A program made the translations under genes and the position numbers. The notes below the pieces were generated by a model that was not told the origin of the DNA, ran no database searches, and was given only the letters and a program-made list of their open reading frames with translations. Source: Stegostoma tigrinum (lineage: Eukaryota). From it: a stretch of DNA of 64,000 nt. The stretch spans positions 45,925,553 to 45,989,552 of the forward strand of contig NC_081361.1 of assembly GCF_030684315.1 (NCBI RefSeq), written 5' to 3'. Within the stretch, counting starts at the first letter, position 1; each line of letters starts with the position of its first letter. This document shows, one piece after another, positions 35,029 to 48,265 of this stretch.

Positions 35029-36308
35029 CTAAGGAACAAGATATTCAAAATGATAACAGTCATTTGAACAAGAATTCTGCTTTGAATTTTAAGCTTGAAA
35101 CTTTTATTTTTGGGTTTGCCTGGTTTTTGGGTGGGGGTTATTCAGGAAGACGAGAACTCCACAGAAAGAAATTCTCCACATTGAGCATGAAAAGTTATTA
35201 ATCTACATTACAGTGATAGCTGTCATTCCACTGGAAATGGATCTCTTGGGGCAGAAGATCAGTATCTAAATAATGGTCCAACTTGAATGGTAAGTCACAA
35301 TTTCAGTCATTCATCATGACCCACTGGTGGAGCAAGTGGCCTCATCTTCTCTGTCGATTACCAAGCAGTTTAGGCTTACCCAGATTTACACGGAAACCTG
35401 GGATTTCACTACTGGGATCAGTTACTAAGTTGTGAGGAGTCCATCTATTGTAATCACGCTGTAGTTTGGGCTATCTTCACAAGCATAATTCTCCGTTCCC
35501 TCCTCTGCCATATGCTTATCCAGCCTCTCCTTTAATATATATATATACACACACATCAGTTACCTCAAACACTCCTTGTGGTAGAGTTCTACACTCTCAT
35601 CACATCTTGGACAAACCAGTTCCTTTTGAATTCTTTGATTTTTTTTATTTGTGTGAATCTCTTCTATTGATGTGACTCCTTGCAGTGAAAAGTATCTCAC
35701 ATCTAACTTATCAAATCTTTCATCATTCCAGAGACCCCTCCCAGGTCACAAAGCAGTTTCTCTCAACAAGAAAAAAAAACACATTTTGATGGGTACAGCC
35801 AGACGTTAGGTATCATTCACGATAATCTTTACTGTATCCTCTCCAAAACATCTATACGCTTTTAAGTTAAATGGTGACCAGAATTTGTACCTGACCAGAA
35901 ACATCTGTATGCAGTACTCCAAAGCATGGAATAATCAAGGCTTGTATCACTTTAGCATAACTTACTTCTCAATTGCATAGAAATCAAAAAAAAATTAGCT
36001 TCCGTCACCATTTCTATTGATGAATGTATTTGTATTCCAGGACTCCTCTGCTTTGCTACCGCATTTGAAGTTATTTTCCAACTACTGTAAAGTGAATCTT
36101 TTTCTTACAAAAAGTAATACAATAATTGGAGAAACAAGTTGAGTGAGCTCAGTTCAACAGCAATGATCCCCTTTTTAGCAGTACCTGTAAGAGAAATTCT
36201 CACTTATAAACATAATTAAATCTACTTGAATACATAATAGTTAAAGATTTAGTTTATGCTCATGTAACCCTAAACTTATTGATGCTGAAGGATCCAATGA
36301 CAATGCAA

Positions 36309-36445
36309 CATTTCTGAAGAAGGGCTTTGACCCAAAATGTCAAACTTTCCTGCTCCTTTGATGCTGCTTGGCCTGCTGTGTTCATCCAGCTTCACACCGT
36401 GTTATCTCAGTAGGAACTGCCGATGCTAGAGAATTTATCTCTGTA
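36309..36445 (+). mobile_element. Short PLE-terminus insertion
   Basis: tttctgaagaagggctttgacccaaaatgtcaaac core; flanked by the acaatgcaa direct repeat. Confidence 0.6.
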
Positions 36446-36929
36446 ACAATGCAAGAGCTGTTGCTTTGAGCACCTGAAGAGCCAGGACATGGATATCAAT
36501 CTGTTTACTGCTCACTCACATTTGCATGAGTAGCAATTACAATCTTTTTGGGGGCTTGGTACATGCATACATGATCGTACAGGTGCCAAGGATAGTATCA
36601 TTGTTCCAAACCTAAATTTGTTTCATTAAATCATAAGAATAAAATGTGTAATGATACATGCTGCATCCTTGGCCATTGTTGCCTCACCTTATTGAGCAAA
36701 ACTGAAAAAGACAATAACTTGATTAAATCCAATGAGAAATGCCAAATGGAAAATCAGAGGCTTTTTTTCCAGAGCGCTCAGCATATGAAAGCTGCCTTCA
36801 ATCTGTGATTTTGACCATTTTCTTTAAAGTCAGGCTATAATAGCCTCCAAAGATACACATTAAATTGTATATATTTTATAGAAATTTTGAGAGGGAATAA
36901 TAATTCTATGCAGGAATTTCTCAGTAGTA

Positions 36930-38125
36930 CCCTAAGCCCACTATCTCCAGCTGCTTCAATGAACTTCCCTCCATCAGGTGTTCAGAAGTGGGGATGTTTT
37001 ATGATTGCATAATATTCAATCACCATTCATGACTTACTGAAAGAGTCCATATCAATCTGCAAGGCCCAGATAATATCCAGGCTTGATAAAGGCAAATAAC
37101 GTTCATGTCACTCAAGTACTGAGCAATTACTATCTCCAAGAGAGAAACTATCCATATTCTCTTAACATTCAACAGCATTTTCATCACTGAATCCACCATT
37201 ATCAACATCGCCAGGGTTATCACAGTTCAGTTTCTGGCCAATCTATATTAAATGCTGTGGCTGGCAGAGGTGGTGAGTGGTCAGAAATTTTGAGATGAAT
37301 AATTTATCTCACCTTCTCAAAGTATGTCCACCATTTTCAAGACACAAGCCTGAAGTGTGGTGAAACAGTCTGATTCCTGGATGGGTTAAACTCCAATAAC
37401 ACTCAAGCAGACCCCCAAAACCATCTGGGGTGAAAAGAGTTTTTCCTCAAATCCCCTGCCTTTCGCTTTAAAAATTATGCTCTTTTGACAACACATTCCA
37501 AACGTGCAACCTCAAATCATCTAGAAGGACAAAGGCAACAAATGGAATGGGGACTAGATAACAAAGTGTGGGGCTGGAGGAACACAGCAGGACAAGCAGC
37601 ATCTTAGGAGCACAAAAGCTGATGTTTTGGGCCTAGACCCTTCATCAGAAAAAGGGGGACGGGAAGAGGATTCTGAAATAAATAGGTGGGGGGGTCTGAG
37701 GATGGACAGAGGATCATATTTGGTGGGGGACCCGGTTTAAGAACTTTTGCCGCCGAACAACGCATCAAGGTGCCTCCACCCAGCATTTTGCTGCCCTCCA
37801 CCGGGGGAAGCTCCACCCAACGGACCCCTGCACCCGGGTCTGCGGGACAGGAAGAAGCAGAGGGCCTTAAGGCCATCTGCATGGATGGGGACTGCCAGGT
37901 TCCCAAAACGCCCCATCCATCCTGGCTTGGAACTACACACTATTCTTTCATTATTGCGGGGTCAAAATCCTGGTCTCTCTCCCTCCCTCCCCATCTCTCT
38001 CTCTCTCTGTCACTCAGACTGCAGCAGTACAAGGCAGAAGCTCACCATCACCTTTGAGTGCAAAGAGAGATTACAACTAATGCTGGCCGAATCAATGATG
38101 CCTAAATCCTGTGAACAAATAAAAT
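36930..38125 (+). mobile_element. CR1/Jockey-type LINE fragment interrupted by a PLE fragment (~37556-37885)
   Basis: RT region similar to 42300-42900; PLE piece flanked by atggggact repeats. Confidence 0.65.
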
Positions 38126-39031
38126 AATGTATTTGTACACCACACAGGAGCAAAATTGAAGAAAATTTGGTTAAAAAGAAAGTGATATTTTTGGTACATG
38201 TCAAAGCCAGAGAAGCTCACGACAGGTATTCTAGAGTTTAGGACATGGATGGGCAGCAATGAGTTTGCTGGAATATTCACGTATACAGGTAAGAAAATTT
38301 TGGATAATGATTTCAAAAGCAGCTGAGCAAAGGAATGTCAACCAGGAATACATAGGAGTGTTACAGAGGTCAAAAAATAAGTCAGCAAGTTTGAAAATAA
38401 TCTGGTTCAATATCAGGACAGCTGTCGAGAGCGCAGTGGAGTCCTACAGCTAGTGAAAGACAATGGTTTTGGTCTTCTCAATATTAAATTGGAGAAAAGT
38501 ACATTGCAGTAATGGATATCATACAAGAGTTAAACAATTTAAAAACTGAAGCAGGGTTGAGAGTGGAGATGTGGGGAATAAAGCTGGGGGTTGTCAGCAT
38601 ACAAGGAAACTAGCTACGTTTTTGGATGATGCCGCCAAGGGACAGCTTGTAGATAAGCACTAAGAGAGCACAAAGAATCATTAATTCTGGGTGTTGCCCT
38701 CGCTTTATTGCATGTTCCTCATTCACCTTGAATACATTCGATTGCTACTTGTAAGTTTTCCTTTTAAATACAGAACTATGCTGTTACGCATCATCTTTGT
38801 GGCCAACTAAAGAGACAGAAAACCTGAAAAATCGTTAATTAGTTCAATAAGGCTGAAATTGCAAATTTAACACGCTGCGTTATCTGCTAGGTTTTTCCTA
38901 CACTATACAACTACCTGCCTAGAAATTGCCAATATATTAATAAGGTGGTTACAGTTTTCTCAGAAAGTTGGGCTATACCATAAATGTAAAAGAATCATTG
39001 ATCTTACTGATGCATGATATTTTCTACTAAC

Positions 39032-39208
39032 CTTTTCATGCCACTGTAGTAAAATTGCACTGTTGTTTTCTGATGGTTTTTCAAAACCTTTGTAGATGTA
39101 TTTCATCAGGAGATCAACACTATTCTTGTCAAGGGATTGAACAGCCTTTTCAATGTCATTACTTTTAAACAAAGTCAAGACTTTAAGAACAGTATTTTCT
39201 GCTCGATC
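39032..39208 (-). CDS. ARPC5: ARPC5 exon 3
   Basis: aacag|[59 protein letters not shown]|gttagt; 177 nt. Confidence 0.96.
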
Positions 39209-39582
39209 CTGTTAAAAATAAGAAGAAACTGTCAGTGCCAATTATAACATACTTCCAATTATCAACAACCAAATTTAACATCCTACTTGTATTTTTATTT
39301 TAGACTTGAACTGGGCAGAGGCACCAACTTACTGTACCTGTCAATCAATGCCTGACAAATCACAATGGAGTTTCCTAGAATGAGCAAATTTAAGCAAAGT
39401 GGAATTGTAAGTTATTACTTTCAACAAGGCAGTTCACACAAACCTTCCTGCAACAAGCCCTCGCCCATAACAAATCATGTGCATCAACAGATATCAGTGT
39501 TGATGTGTACATATCAACTGTACATACAGGAATTCCTCACATTAAGTCAGCATTCCCAAAAACACTGACTTGCTTTTAAATT

Positions 39583-39665
39583 AGAGATAACAAGGTATAC
39601 AGCTGGATGAACGCAGCAGGCCAAGCAGCAGAGGAGCAGGAAGGCTGATGTTTCAGGCCTAGACG
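39583..39665 (-). mobile_element. Short PLE-terminus insertion
   Basis: Perfect TSD gcttttaaatt (39572-39582 / 39666-39676). Confidence 0.7.
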
Positions 39666-39739
39666 GCTTTTAAATTGTTTATTTGTCTGAGGCAATGGTG
39701 TAATGGTATAGTCACAGGACTAATAATCCAAGAAGCCCA

Positions 39740-40060
39740 GGGCAACACGGTGGCTCAGTGGTCAGCACTGCAGCCTCACAGCGCCAGGTATCCGGGTTCG
39801 ATTCCAGCCTCGGGTGACCGTTTGCATGGAGTTTGCACGTTCTCCCTGTGTCTGCGTGGGTTTCCTCCGGATGCTCCGATTTCTTCCCACAGTCCAAAGA
39901 TTTGCAGGCTAGGTGGATTGGCCATGCTAAACTGCCCGCAGTGTTCAGGGGTGTGTGGGGGTTATAGGGGGATGGGTCTGGGTGGAATGCATGAAGGGGC
40001 GGTGTAGACTTGTTGGGCTGAAGGGCCTGTTTCCAAGCTGCAGGGAATCTAATCTAATCT
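39740..40060 (+). mobile_element. HE1-like V-SINE
   Basis: A/B boxes (ggtggctcagtgg; gggttcgattcc), V-domain tggagtttgcacgttctccctgtgtctgcgtgggtttcctccgg, CR1-like tail ending in (atcta)n. Confidence 0.85.
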
Positions 40061-40076
40061 TAATGCTCTGGAGACA

Positions 40077-40312
40077 AACAAAATGCTGGAGAAACTCAAC
40101 AGGCCTGGCAATATTTGTCAAAACAGTAAAAAAGAGTTTAACAGAGAAACAGAGTTTAAATATATAAGCCCTGTATGATGATTCTTCAAAACTCTCAGAC
40201 TTGTAACTAACTCTCTTGTCATGGATGCTGCCAGACCTGCTGAGTTTGTCTAGCATTTTCTGTGCTTATTTCAGATTTCCAACAATTGCAATGTTTTGCT
40301 TTTATTCTAACA
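40077..40312. mobile_element. Hairpin mini-element nested in the SINE/LINE head
   Basis: Inverted arms; TSD tctggagaca (40067-40076 / 40313-40322). Confidence 0.7.
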
Positions 40313-43300
40313 TCTGGAGACATGAACCTGAATCCCACAATGGCCGATGGGGAAATCTAACTTCAAGAACCTTTAAAATCTGAAGCCCAATGTCAACTGG
40401 TGTATAAACCCATCCGGTTCACTAATGCCCATTAGGGAAGATAATCTTAGGTGTTCTGGCCTACATGCAACTCTACACTCACAGCAATGTAGTTTAATCT
40501 CTAGTGCCCTACAAAAAGACTGACCAAACCAGTCAGTTGCACAAACCTGCTACAAAAGTATCAGAAAGGAATGAAACCAGATGGCCACCCACATTCAACA
40601 TTCCACACCAGAACTATAACATCAAACGCAGCCTTACTGATCTGCAAAGTTCTTCATACAAGTGTGTGAGGGCTCATGCTAAATTTAAAGATCTGTCCCA
40701 CAGACTAGTCAAGCAACAGCCTTACAGTCATACTATCAGAATCATACCTTACCGACAATGCCCCAGAGAACATCATGAGCAAGTCTTGTCGCACTGGCAA
40801 GACAGACCCAGAGTGGTGTACAGTACGGAGGCAGTTGCCCTGTGAGTCCTCAATGTTGATTCCAGAGTCCAGTAAGTCTCATGGCATCAGGTCAAACACA
40901 GAGAAGGAAAATCCCAGCTGACTAACACCTATCATGGCTGATTACGCAGTACTCTTTCATGTTGAAAATTACTTGGGGAAAGCGGTAAGTGCAGCAAGAC
41001 ACAATGTACTCAGGAGAGGAGGACAGCCACTTCAATGTCCATCACCAAGAGACGCTCAGTAACACCATTACTTTAACAAGCAGGCTGAGTTCCTAAAGGA
41101 CATGACTTATGGAGCGGGTCTATGGCAGGTGGTGAGCGATCCAATGCAAGGGAAAATTCTACTTGACTTTACCTCCAATCTACCTGTCATACATATGAAC
41201 GTATATGACCATATCAGTGAGAGTGATCATTGCCCTACCACTGTGGAGACATTTTTGCATTGAGAATGCCCACCAGTGTGGTGCAGGCACCATCAGCATG
41301 CTTAACAGGTCAGATTTTAAATAGACCTAGCAACCCAAACTGAGCCACTGCGGGCCATCCGCAGAACTGTTTTCAAACAATCTGAAACCTCAGTGTGGGG
41401 TGTAGGCCAACCACTACCATTATGACGAATCCACAAACCTGAGAATTAGGTATTAACCTTAAGTTAAAATGCAGGACTATTTGCATGAAACACAGTACCA
41501 AGAAACATGCATTAGACAAAGCTTTCTAATTGCACAACCAAAGCTGATCCATACTCTACAGTCCCATCATGTAGTTGTGAATCATGAACAACAGTTAAAC
41601 AAGAAACACGTGATGGAGGCTTCACAAATATCCTCATCAACAACAGGGGAGCCCAGCACATCAGTGCAAAATAACAAGGCCGAAGCATTGACATTCATCT
41701 TCAGCTAGAAATGCAGAGTGAATAATCCATCTCAGCCTCTTCTTGAGGTTCCTGGTATCACAGGTGCCTGGCTTCAGCCAACTCAATTCACTTCGCCTGA
41801 TATCAAGAAATGGCAGAACATTTCGGTAACAGTACTGAAGAAATTGTGCTCCAGAACTAGCCATGCCCCTAGTCAAGCTATTCTAGTAAAGCTGCAACAC
41901 TGGGATTTACCTGACAATATGGAAAACCATGCTCGATAACTTGCTCACTAAGCTGGCAAGTCTGTACATGAACAAACTTACCAGCTTGGCGAGCAAGTCA
42001 ACAACTGCATCAACAAGCTGAGCTATAAATCTTCTCAAAAACCTTGAATATAGAAAATTACCCAGGTATGTCCTATGCATAAAACCCATGCCAGCCAATT
42101 ACCACCCCAGTCTGTTCTCAAATCAACCAACCAAATGATGGAAGGGGTCATTGACAGTGCTATGAAGCAACACTCGCTTAGCAATAACCTGCTCAATGAC
42201 ACTCACTACGGGTTTCACCAGGGTCGCTTGCCTCCTGACTTCATCACAGCTTTGGTTCAAACATGGACAAAAGGACTAAGGATGCAGACAGATAAGTGTG
42301 CCCTAGTCCCAACCATCTTTAGCTGCTTCAAATGAATTCCCTTCCATCATAAAGTCAGATGCTCCCTGACAACTGCACAATGTTCATCATCAATCAGAAC
42401 TTCTCAGCGATTGAGGCAATTAATGTCCATGTGTAGCAAGACCTAGAAAACATCCAGGCTTGGGCTGATCAGTAGTGGCCAACTTTCACGCTCATAATGC
42501 TGGCTAATGACCATTTGCAAAAAGAGAATCTAATCAGTGCGACTTAAACGTTCAAAAGTATTATCATTATTGAATCATCCACTGTCAACATTCTGGACGT
42601 TACAGTTGATCAGAAACAGATGGTTCTATAACACGTGTTTTGTTAGCACAAATTGACTGTAACATGATCGATGATAGACTACTCGATTTGGATAATGCAA
42701 ACTTTCCAGTGATTTCCCTATAACATGATTTTTTTATAGCGTGAAGCCACAAGAACTCAACTATCACATTACAGGAGAACAACCTGTATTGCTCCAAGAG
42801 CAGATAAACAGCTAGGAATTTTGTAACAAGCCTCCCTTCTCCCAAATATCTGCCCACCATCTACAAGGTTCAAGTTAGGAATGTGAAACATTTGTCTGGA
42901 TGAGTGCTGCTCCAACAACACGTAATTGGGGTGGGCGGGGGCTGTGATGGGAATCAGTGTCGTGGAGAGGGACAAGCTATGAAACCTGCTCCACTTGTTC
43001 ATTCACTCAAAAGAAAATCTGATTCACTTGAAGTCATAATTTTAAAGAGTGAAACTACGAGATTAGGTGAGGGGGATAGTGAGGCACAATTCACTGTCTT
43101 GTATGATTAGGGCATGCACTATCTCAATGTACAATTGATTTAAATGCAAATCTCCAATCCCAAAAATGGGTCAGATTATAAATAAATAAAATTAAGCAAA
43201 TGAAGTGTCCATTTATACAGATTTACCACAACTAAGTTATGCCATTAAGCAAACTGAATTAAACTGACTCTTCCCACTAATCTAAATTGCATACAATGTT

Positions 43301-43527
43301 TATTCCAATTTCAATTCAAAATGAGAATCAAACCCCCAAAGATAAACTTTACCAGTAGAAAATCTGTGCATCAGCATTTATCAGTTTTGGGCTTTACGTA
43401 CAAATCCTCAGGCCATCTCATACAACAACTTGGGGCAAAACCCAAGAAACAGATGAGAACAAAATTGCTTTGGATACTAACTTTCAAAATGCTATAAGAA
43501 CAAAGGTATTTCCTCCTTCAGCCTTAC

Positions 43528-43600
43528 CTTAACAGCTTGGTTTTTTGTATTAATTGGAGGATTTTTCAGTGCTGCGTGGAGAGCCGCATTCAGATTTCCT
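43528..43600 (-). CDS. ARPC5: ARPC5 exon 2
   Basis: gtgcac|A GGA AAT...: (Q)[24 protein letters not shown]|gtaagg; 73 nt. Confidence 0.95.
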
Positions 43601-44501
43601 GTGCACAGACATTAAGGAATACAACAGGTTTCATATTTTACCCATAATAATTCAGGAAACCAGAAATACTAACTCTTCTCTTTGGAATATTGATCTCAAA
43701 TATATTATGCCCACCTGAGGAAGCAGTCTTAGTTTAATATCTCCTTCAAAAAGTTGGCACCTCCGCTACTGCAGTGACACACCCTCAGTGCTTGCCACAG
43801 CTGACTTAACTCTACCAAGTTCATTCATAACAGAATAGGAGGGGAACAAGGTTCTAATCACCTCGCTATCTACATATAATAATACAAACTGACAGAAGCT
43901 CATTCCAGCTTATTTGCTTACTGAAGTTGAAAACATGTCAACTAATCAAATTTTCATTTATATCAGCTATGAGCAATAATATTCAGCCAAGAAGCAAAAT
44001 CACATTCGGCAAAGTATTCCAGAAAAGGATAAACAATATCACAAACAAATCATGAAAGCATCATGTAACATCTTGATAATGCACCATTTGACAGTTAAAG
44101 TATTTTAAGTAAATAATGGGCCATAAATTGCTCTCGTAGGACAACTAACAGCATATTGTGATGGCCTGTGAGCCAGCGGTATAAAAGGACAATTCACTGT
44201 TTGTTTAAAACATCTATGGAATCCGTAATTTCTTTCAAGAATGTTTGAGAAGAACCTTTAAATTGTTTGCATCAATTGCTGAGCAATCAATTAAAATTCT
44301 TTCAATAGGAAATATCATCTGTGACTTGGCAACCTCAGAGCAGTTCCATCAAGAAGCAAGTTAATTTAGAATGTAGACTAGACAGACAAATCTACAAGCA
44401 GAAGAGTTGGGAAGTGAAGGTATCAGCACCTATGTGTTGATACAAAGAATATAGGAAGGACCACTCAATTTTATGAGAAGCCAACAAAGTTATATAAACA
44501 G

Positions 44502-45740
44502 ATAACAAGGTGTAGAGCTGGATGAACATGGTAGGGCCAAGGAGCAGGAAAGCTGATGTTTCTGCTCGAGACCCTTCTTCAGAAATGGGGGAGGGGAAGG
44601 AGATTGTGAAATAAATGGGGGGGGAGAGAAGAGGCGGACAGAAGATGGATAAAGGAGAAGATAGGTGGAGAGGAGACAGGTCGAAGAGGCAGGGTTGAAG
44701 CCAGTGAAGATGAATGTAGGTGGGGAGTTAGGGAGGGGATAGGTCAGTCCAGGGAGGATGGACAGGTCAAGGAGGTGGGATGAAGTTAGTGGGTAGGAGA
44801 TGGGGATGGGGCTTGAGGTAGGAGGAATGGTTAGGGAGGCGGGGACAAGTTGGTCTAGTTTTGGGATGCTGTCGGGGGACGGGGAGATTTTGAAGCTTGT
44901 GAAGTCTATATTGATACCCTTGGGCTGCAGGGTTCCCAAGCAAAATAGGAGATGCTGTTCCTGCAGCTTTCAGGTGGCATCACTGTGGCAATGCAGAAGG
45001 TCCAGGATGGACATGTCATCCAAGGAGTGGGAGGGGAAGTTGAAGTGGTTCGAAACTGAGCAGTGTAGTTGTTGGTTGCGAACCAAGCGTAAGTGTTCCG
45101 CAAAGCAGTCCCCAAGCCTCCGCTTGGTTTCCCCGACGTAGAGGCGGCCACAACAGGAACAGCGGATACAGTACACTTATATACTGTATGCCTTTGTTCA
45201 GTTCGCAACAAACTACACCTCCCAGTCACGAACCATTTCAACTCCCACTCCCACTCTTTGGACAACGCGTCCATCCTGGCCTCTTGCACTGCCACAATGA
45301 TGCCACCTGAAAGCTGCAGGAACAGCATCTTATATTTTGCTTGGGAAGCCTGCAGCCCAAGGGTATCACAATGTGGACTTCACAAGCTTCAAAATCTCCC
45401 CATCACCGACCGCATCCCAAAACCAGCCCAGCTTGTCCCCGCCTCCCTAACCATTTTTCCCCACCTCAAGCCCCACGCCCATCTCCTACCCACTAACATC
45501 ATCCTGTCTCTTTGACCTGTCTGTCTCCGCTCCACCTTTCTTCTCTTCTATCCATCTTCTATCTGCCTACTCCTCTCTCTGTTTCGGAATCCCCTTCCCC
45601 TCTCCCATTTCTGAAGAAGGGTCTCGACACGCAACATCAGCTTTCCTGCTTCTGTGATACTGCTTGGCCTGCTGTGTTCATCTAGCTCTACACCTTGTTA
45701 TCTCAGATTCTCCAGTATCAGCAGTTCCTATTATCTCTGT
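44502..45740. mobile_element. Penelope-like element with inverted structure
   Basis: GIY-YIG remnant YCIRCSCCGRLYVGETKRRLGDCFAEH on the - strand; inverted copy from ~45190; flanking repeat tatataaacag (44491-44501 / 45748-45758). Confidence 0.88.
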
Positions 45741-46649
45741 AATAAGGTATATAAACAGTTAGTTTTCAGTTGGTCAGCAAGAAGAAAAACAGGATTCCAG
45801 AATATCTTGGGAAAGAAAAACTTCAGGAAGGCAGAATTCTAAAGAATGGTGCAAACAGCTCAGGCATGCAAAAACAGCTTGTATCAGAGAACTAGACTGT
45901 GAATTGGATGCTTTTGGTATGGAAAAGGAACTTTGGAAAACTACCTTGAGAGTGTTGTGATCCAAATGAGACAGGATAGGCAGGGAAATTGCACAGGATG
46001 TATCATTGGTGCAAATTAGGTCTACCTTTTCATTTGTATAATTTCCCAGTAATTCAATTTACTGTGTTCCAATTTGTGCTGAAACAAGTTTCAAAAAATG
46101 AAAGCTCATTGGCAATTTCATCAACAGGAAGTCATTTGGTAACTACTTCTTTAAATTAATGTAACAATATTCATTTGAGGACTCGACCATTCAGATTTAG
46201 GCTTTACGTTTTTGAAGGTCAAGTTGTAGAAACGTACAAAATGATAACGCTCAGTGAATGAATAGGACCACCAACTGTGTATCTCTTTGTTTCACAATCC
46301 TTGTGTTTGATTAAAGTGCAAGGCTGAGCAGGAAATGTAAATTAAACAGGATGAATTTGCTATCAAATCAGAACAAAAGCAAAACAATTACATTAATATA
46401 AAGAGAAGCAATAAAGGGAGTTAAATTTAAAATTTAACATTAAATTTAACCAATAACAAAAACCTAAAACAATGTGAATTCCATCCTTGCAATCATTACA
46501 TTCACTGTCAAAATTATTTAGAAATAATTCGCACTTAAGATATCAAAAGGATACAAGGCTTGAAATAAATCAACTTTACTTTAGAGCAAGAGTAAAGAGA
46601 CTTATTTGTCAAAAGTTGAAGAGCTTTAAAACCAACATAATGACAACTT

Positions 46650-46930
46650 TAGGCCAAGATCAGTCTATCCCGCGAGTGAATGTCACGTGGTATGATTGTG
46701 ACAGCAACTACTGCAGTTATCCCCAGTCTCCTTATCAATACCTAGCCCTTAAATCAACATAAAAGATAGATTATCTGGTCATGATCACATGTAAAGTTTT
46801 CTGTATGGAAATTGGCTGCCACGTTACCCATATCCAAATAGTGACTAAATTTACGAACTACTTCATTGTTCGTACAGTGCTTTGAAGTATCCAGTGGTAG
46901 TGAAAAGTGCTATATAAATGCAAGCTGTTT
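46650..46930 (+). mobile_element. DeuSINE (SacSINE1-like) fragment
   Basis: Deu-domain-like gattatctggtc...aaattggctgcc and tail gtgaaaagtgctatataaatgcaag; a related fragment lies at ~19400-19635. Confidence 0.55.
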
Positions 46931-47589
46931 GTTGAAAATAAAATTTACATGTTTCTGAAACAAAATATCTAACTTAAAAAATGAGATGCTCTCCAGACAG
47001 GATGAATACATCACCAAGCAATATGCTTAAAAAGGAAAGCAGCAAATAATTTACAACCAATAAATGACAATTGAACTGTATTCACCAAAACAATAAACAA
47101 TGCTACTCATTACTACAACACTTCTGCTTTTAGAAAATAGTACACACGAGGCTGTCTCTTCAAACATGTTAACATACATTTAAGACTCTTTCAATAGCAC
47201 CTTCGAAACTCTCAACCATTATCAACTAGATGGACAAGGGCAGCAGACGCATGGGAACATCAAAACCTGCAAATTCCCCTCCAAATCATATCATCCTGAC
47301 CCCTGGAACTTCCTTCCTGGCAGCGCTGTAGATGTACTTACTGTGTGGGGACTGTATCAGTTCAAGATGGTACCAATTGCTCAAGGATAATTAAGGACCA
47401 TTAATTAATGCTGACTAGCCAATGATGCCCTGTCACATGACTAAAGAAAATACAAATCAAGAGCAGTAGGTCATTCAGCCTGTTCGCCATTCAATAAGAT
47501 CATAGCTGATCAGATAGCAACCTCAATTCCACATTCCCGTCTATCTCGAACAAATTTTACTCCCTCGTTAGAGAAGAATTTACATCCGA

Positions 47590-48265
47590 TTTAGAGTCAC
47601 AGATGCACAGCATGGAAACAGACTCTTCCTACAACTCATCTACGCCGACCAGATATCTTAAATTAATCTGGTCCCATTTGCCAGCATTTGGCCCTTATCC
47701 CTCTAAACCCTTCCTATTCATATACCCATCCAGAGGCCTTTTAAATATTGTAATTGTATCAGCTTCCACCACTTCCACTGACAGCTCATTCCAAACATGT
47801 ACCACCCCCTGTGTGAAAATGTTGTCCTTTGGGTCTCTTTTAGATCTTCCCCCTTGCACATCAAACCGATGCCCTCTAGCTTTTAACTCCCTCACCCTTG
47901 GGAAACAACCTTGTCTATTTATTCTAATCATGCCCGTCATGATTTTATAAACCTTTACAGGGTCACCCCTCAGCCTCTGATGCTTCAGACAAAATAGCCC
48001 CAGGCTATTCAGCCTCTCCCGATAGCTCAAACCCTCCAACCTTAGCAACATCCTTGTAAATCTTTTCAGAACCCTTTCAAGTCTAACATTCCTCCTATAG
48101 CAGGGAGGCCAGAATTGCACATAATACTCCAAAAGTGTCCTACCTAATGTCCTGTACAGCCACATACCCTCCCAACTCCAATACTCAATGCACTGACCAA
48201 TAAAGGCAAGTATATAAAATGCCTTCATCACCATCCTATCTAACTGTGACTCCACTTTGAAGGGA
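47590..48265 (-). mobile_element. CR1 LINE 3' fragment
   Basis: ORF 47695-48303: LEYYVQFWPP..LERVLKRFTRML..LRGD..VWNEL. Confidence 0.88.

Larger units (their letters stand above)
39690..42920 (+). mobile_element. Degenerate long CR1/Jockey-type LINE preceded by a SINE-like tRNA-derived head, with nested insertions
   Basis: Head resembles SINEs at 15440 and 26325; endonuclease/RT remnants from ~40650 (K.MEGVIDSAMKQH.LSNNLL.D.HYGF.QG). Confidence 0.65.

Noticed and set aside
39740-39815. tRNA gene
   Set aside because: A/B boxes continue into a V-SINE body and tail; it is a SINE head
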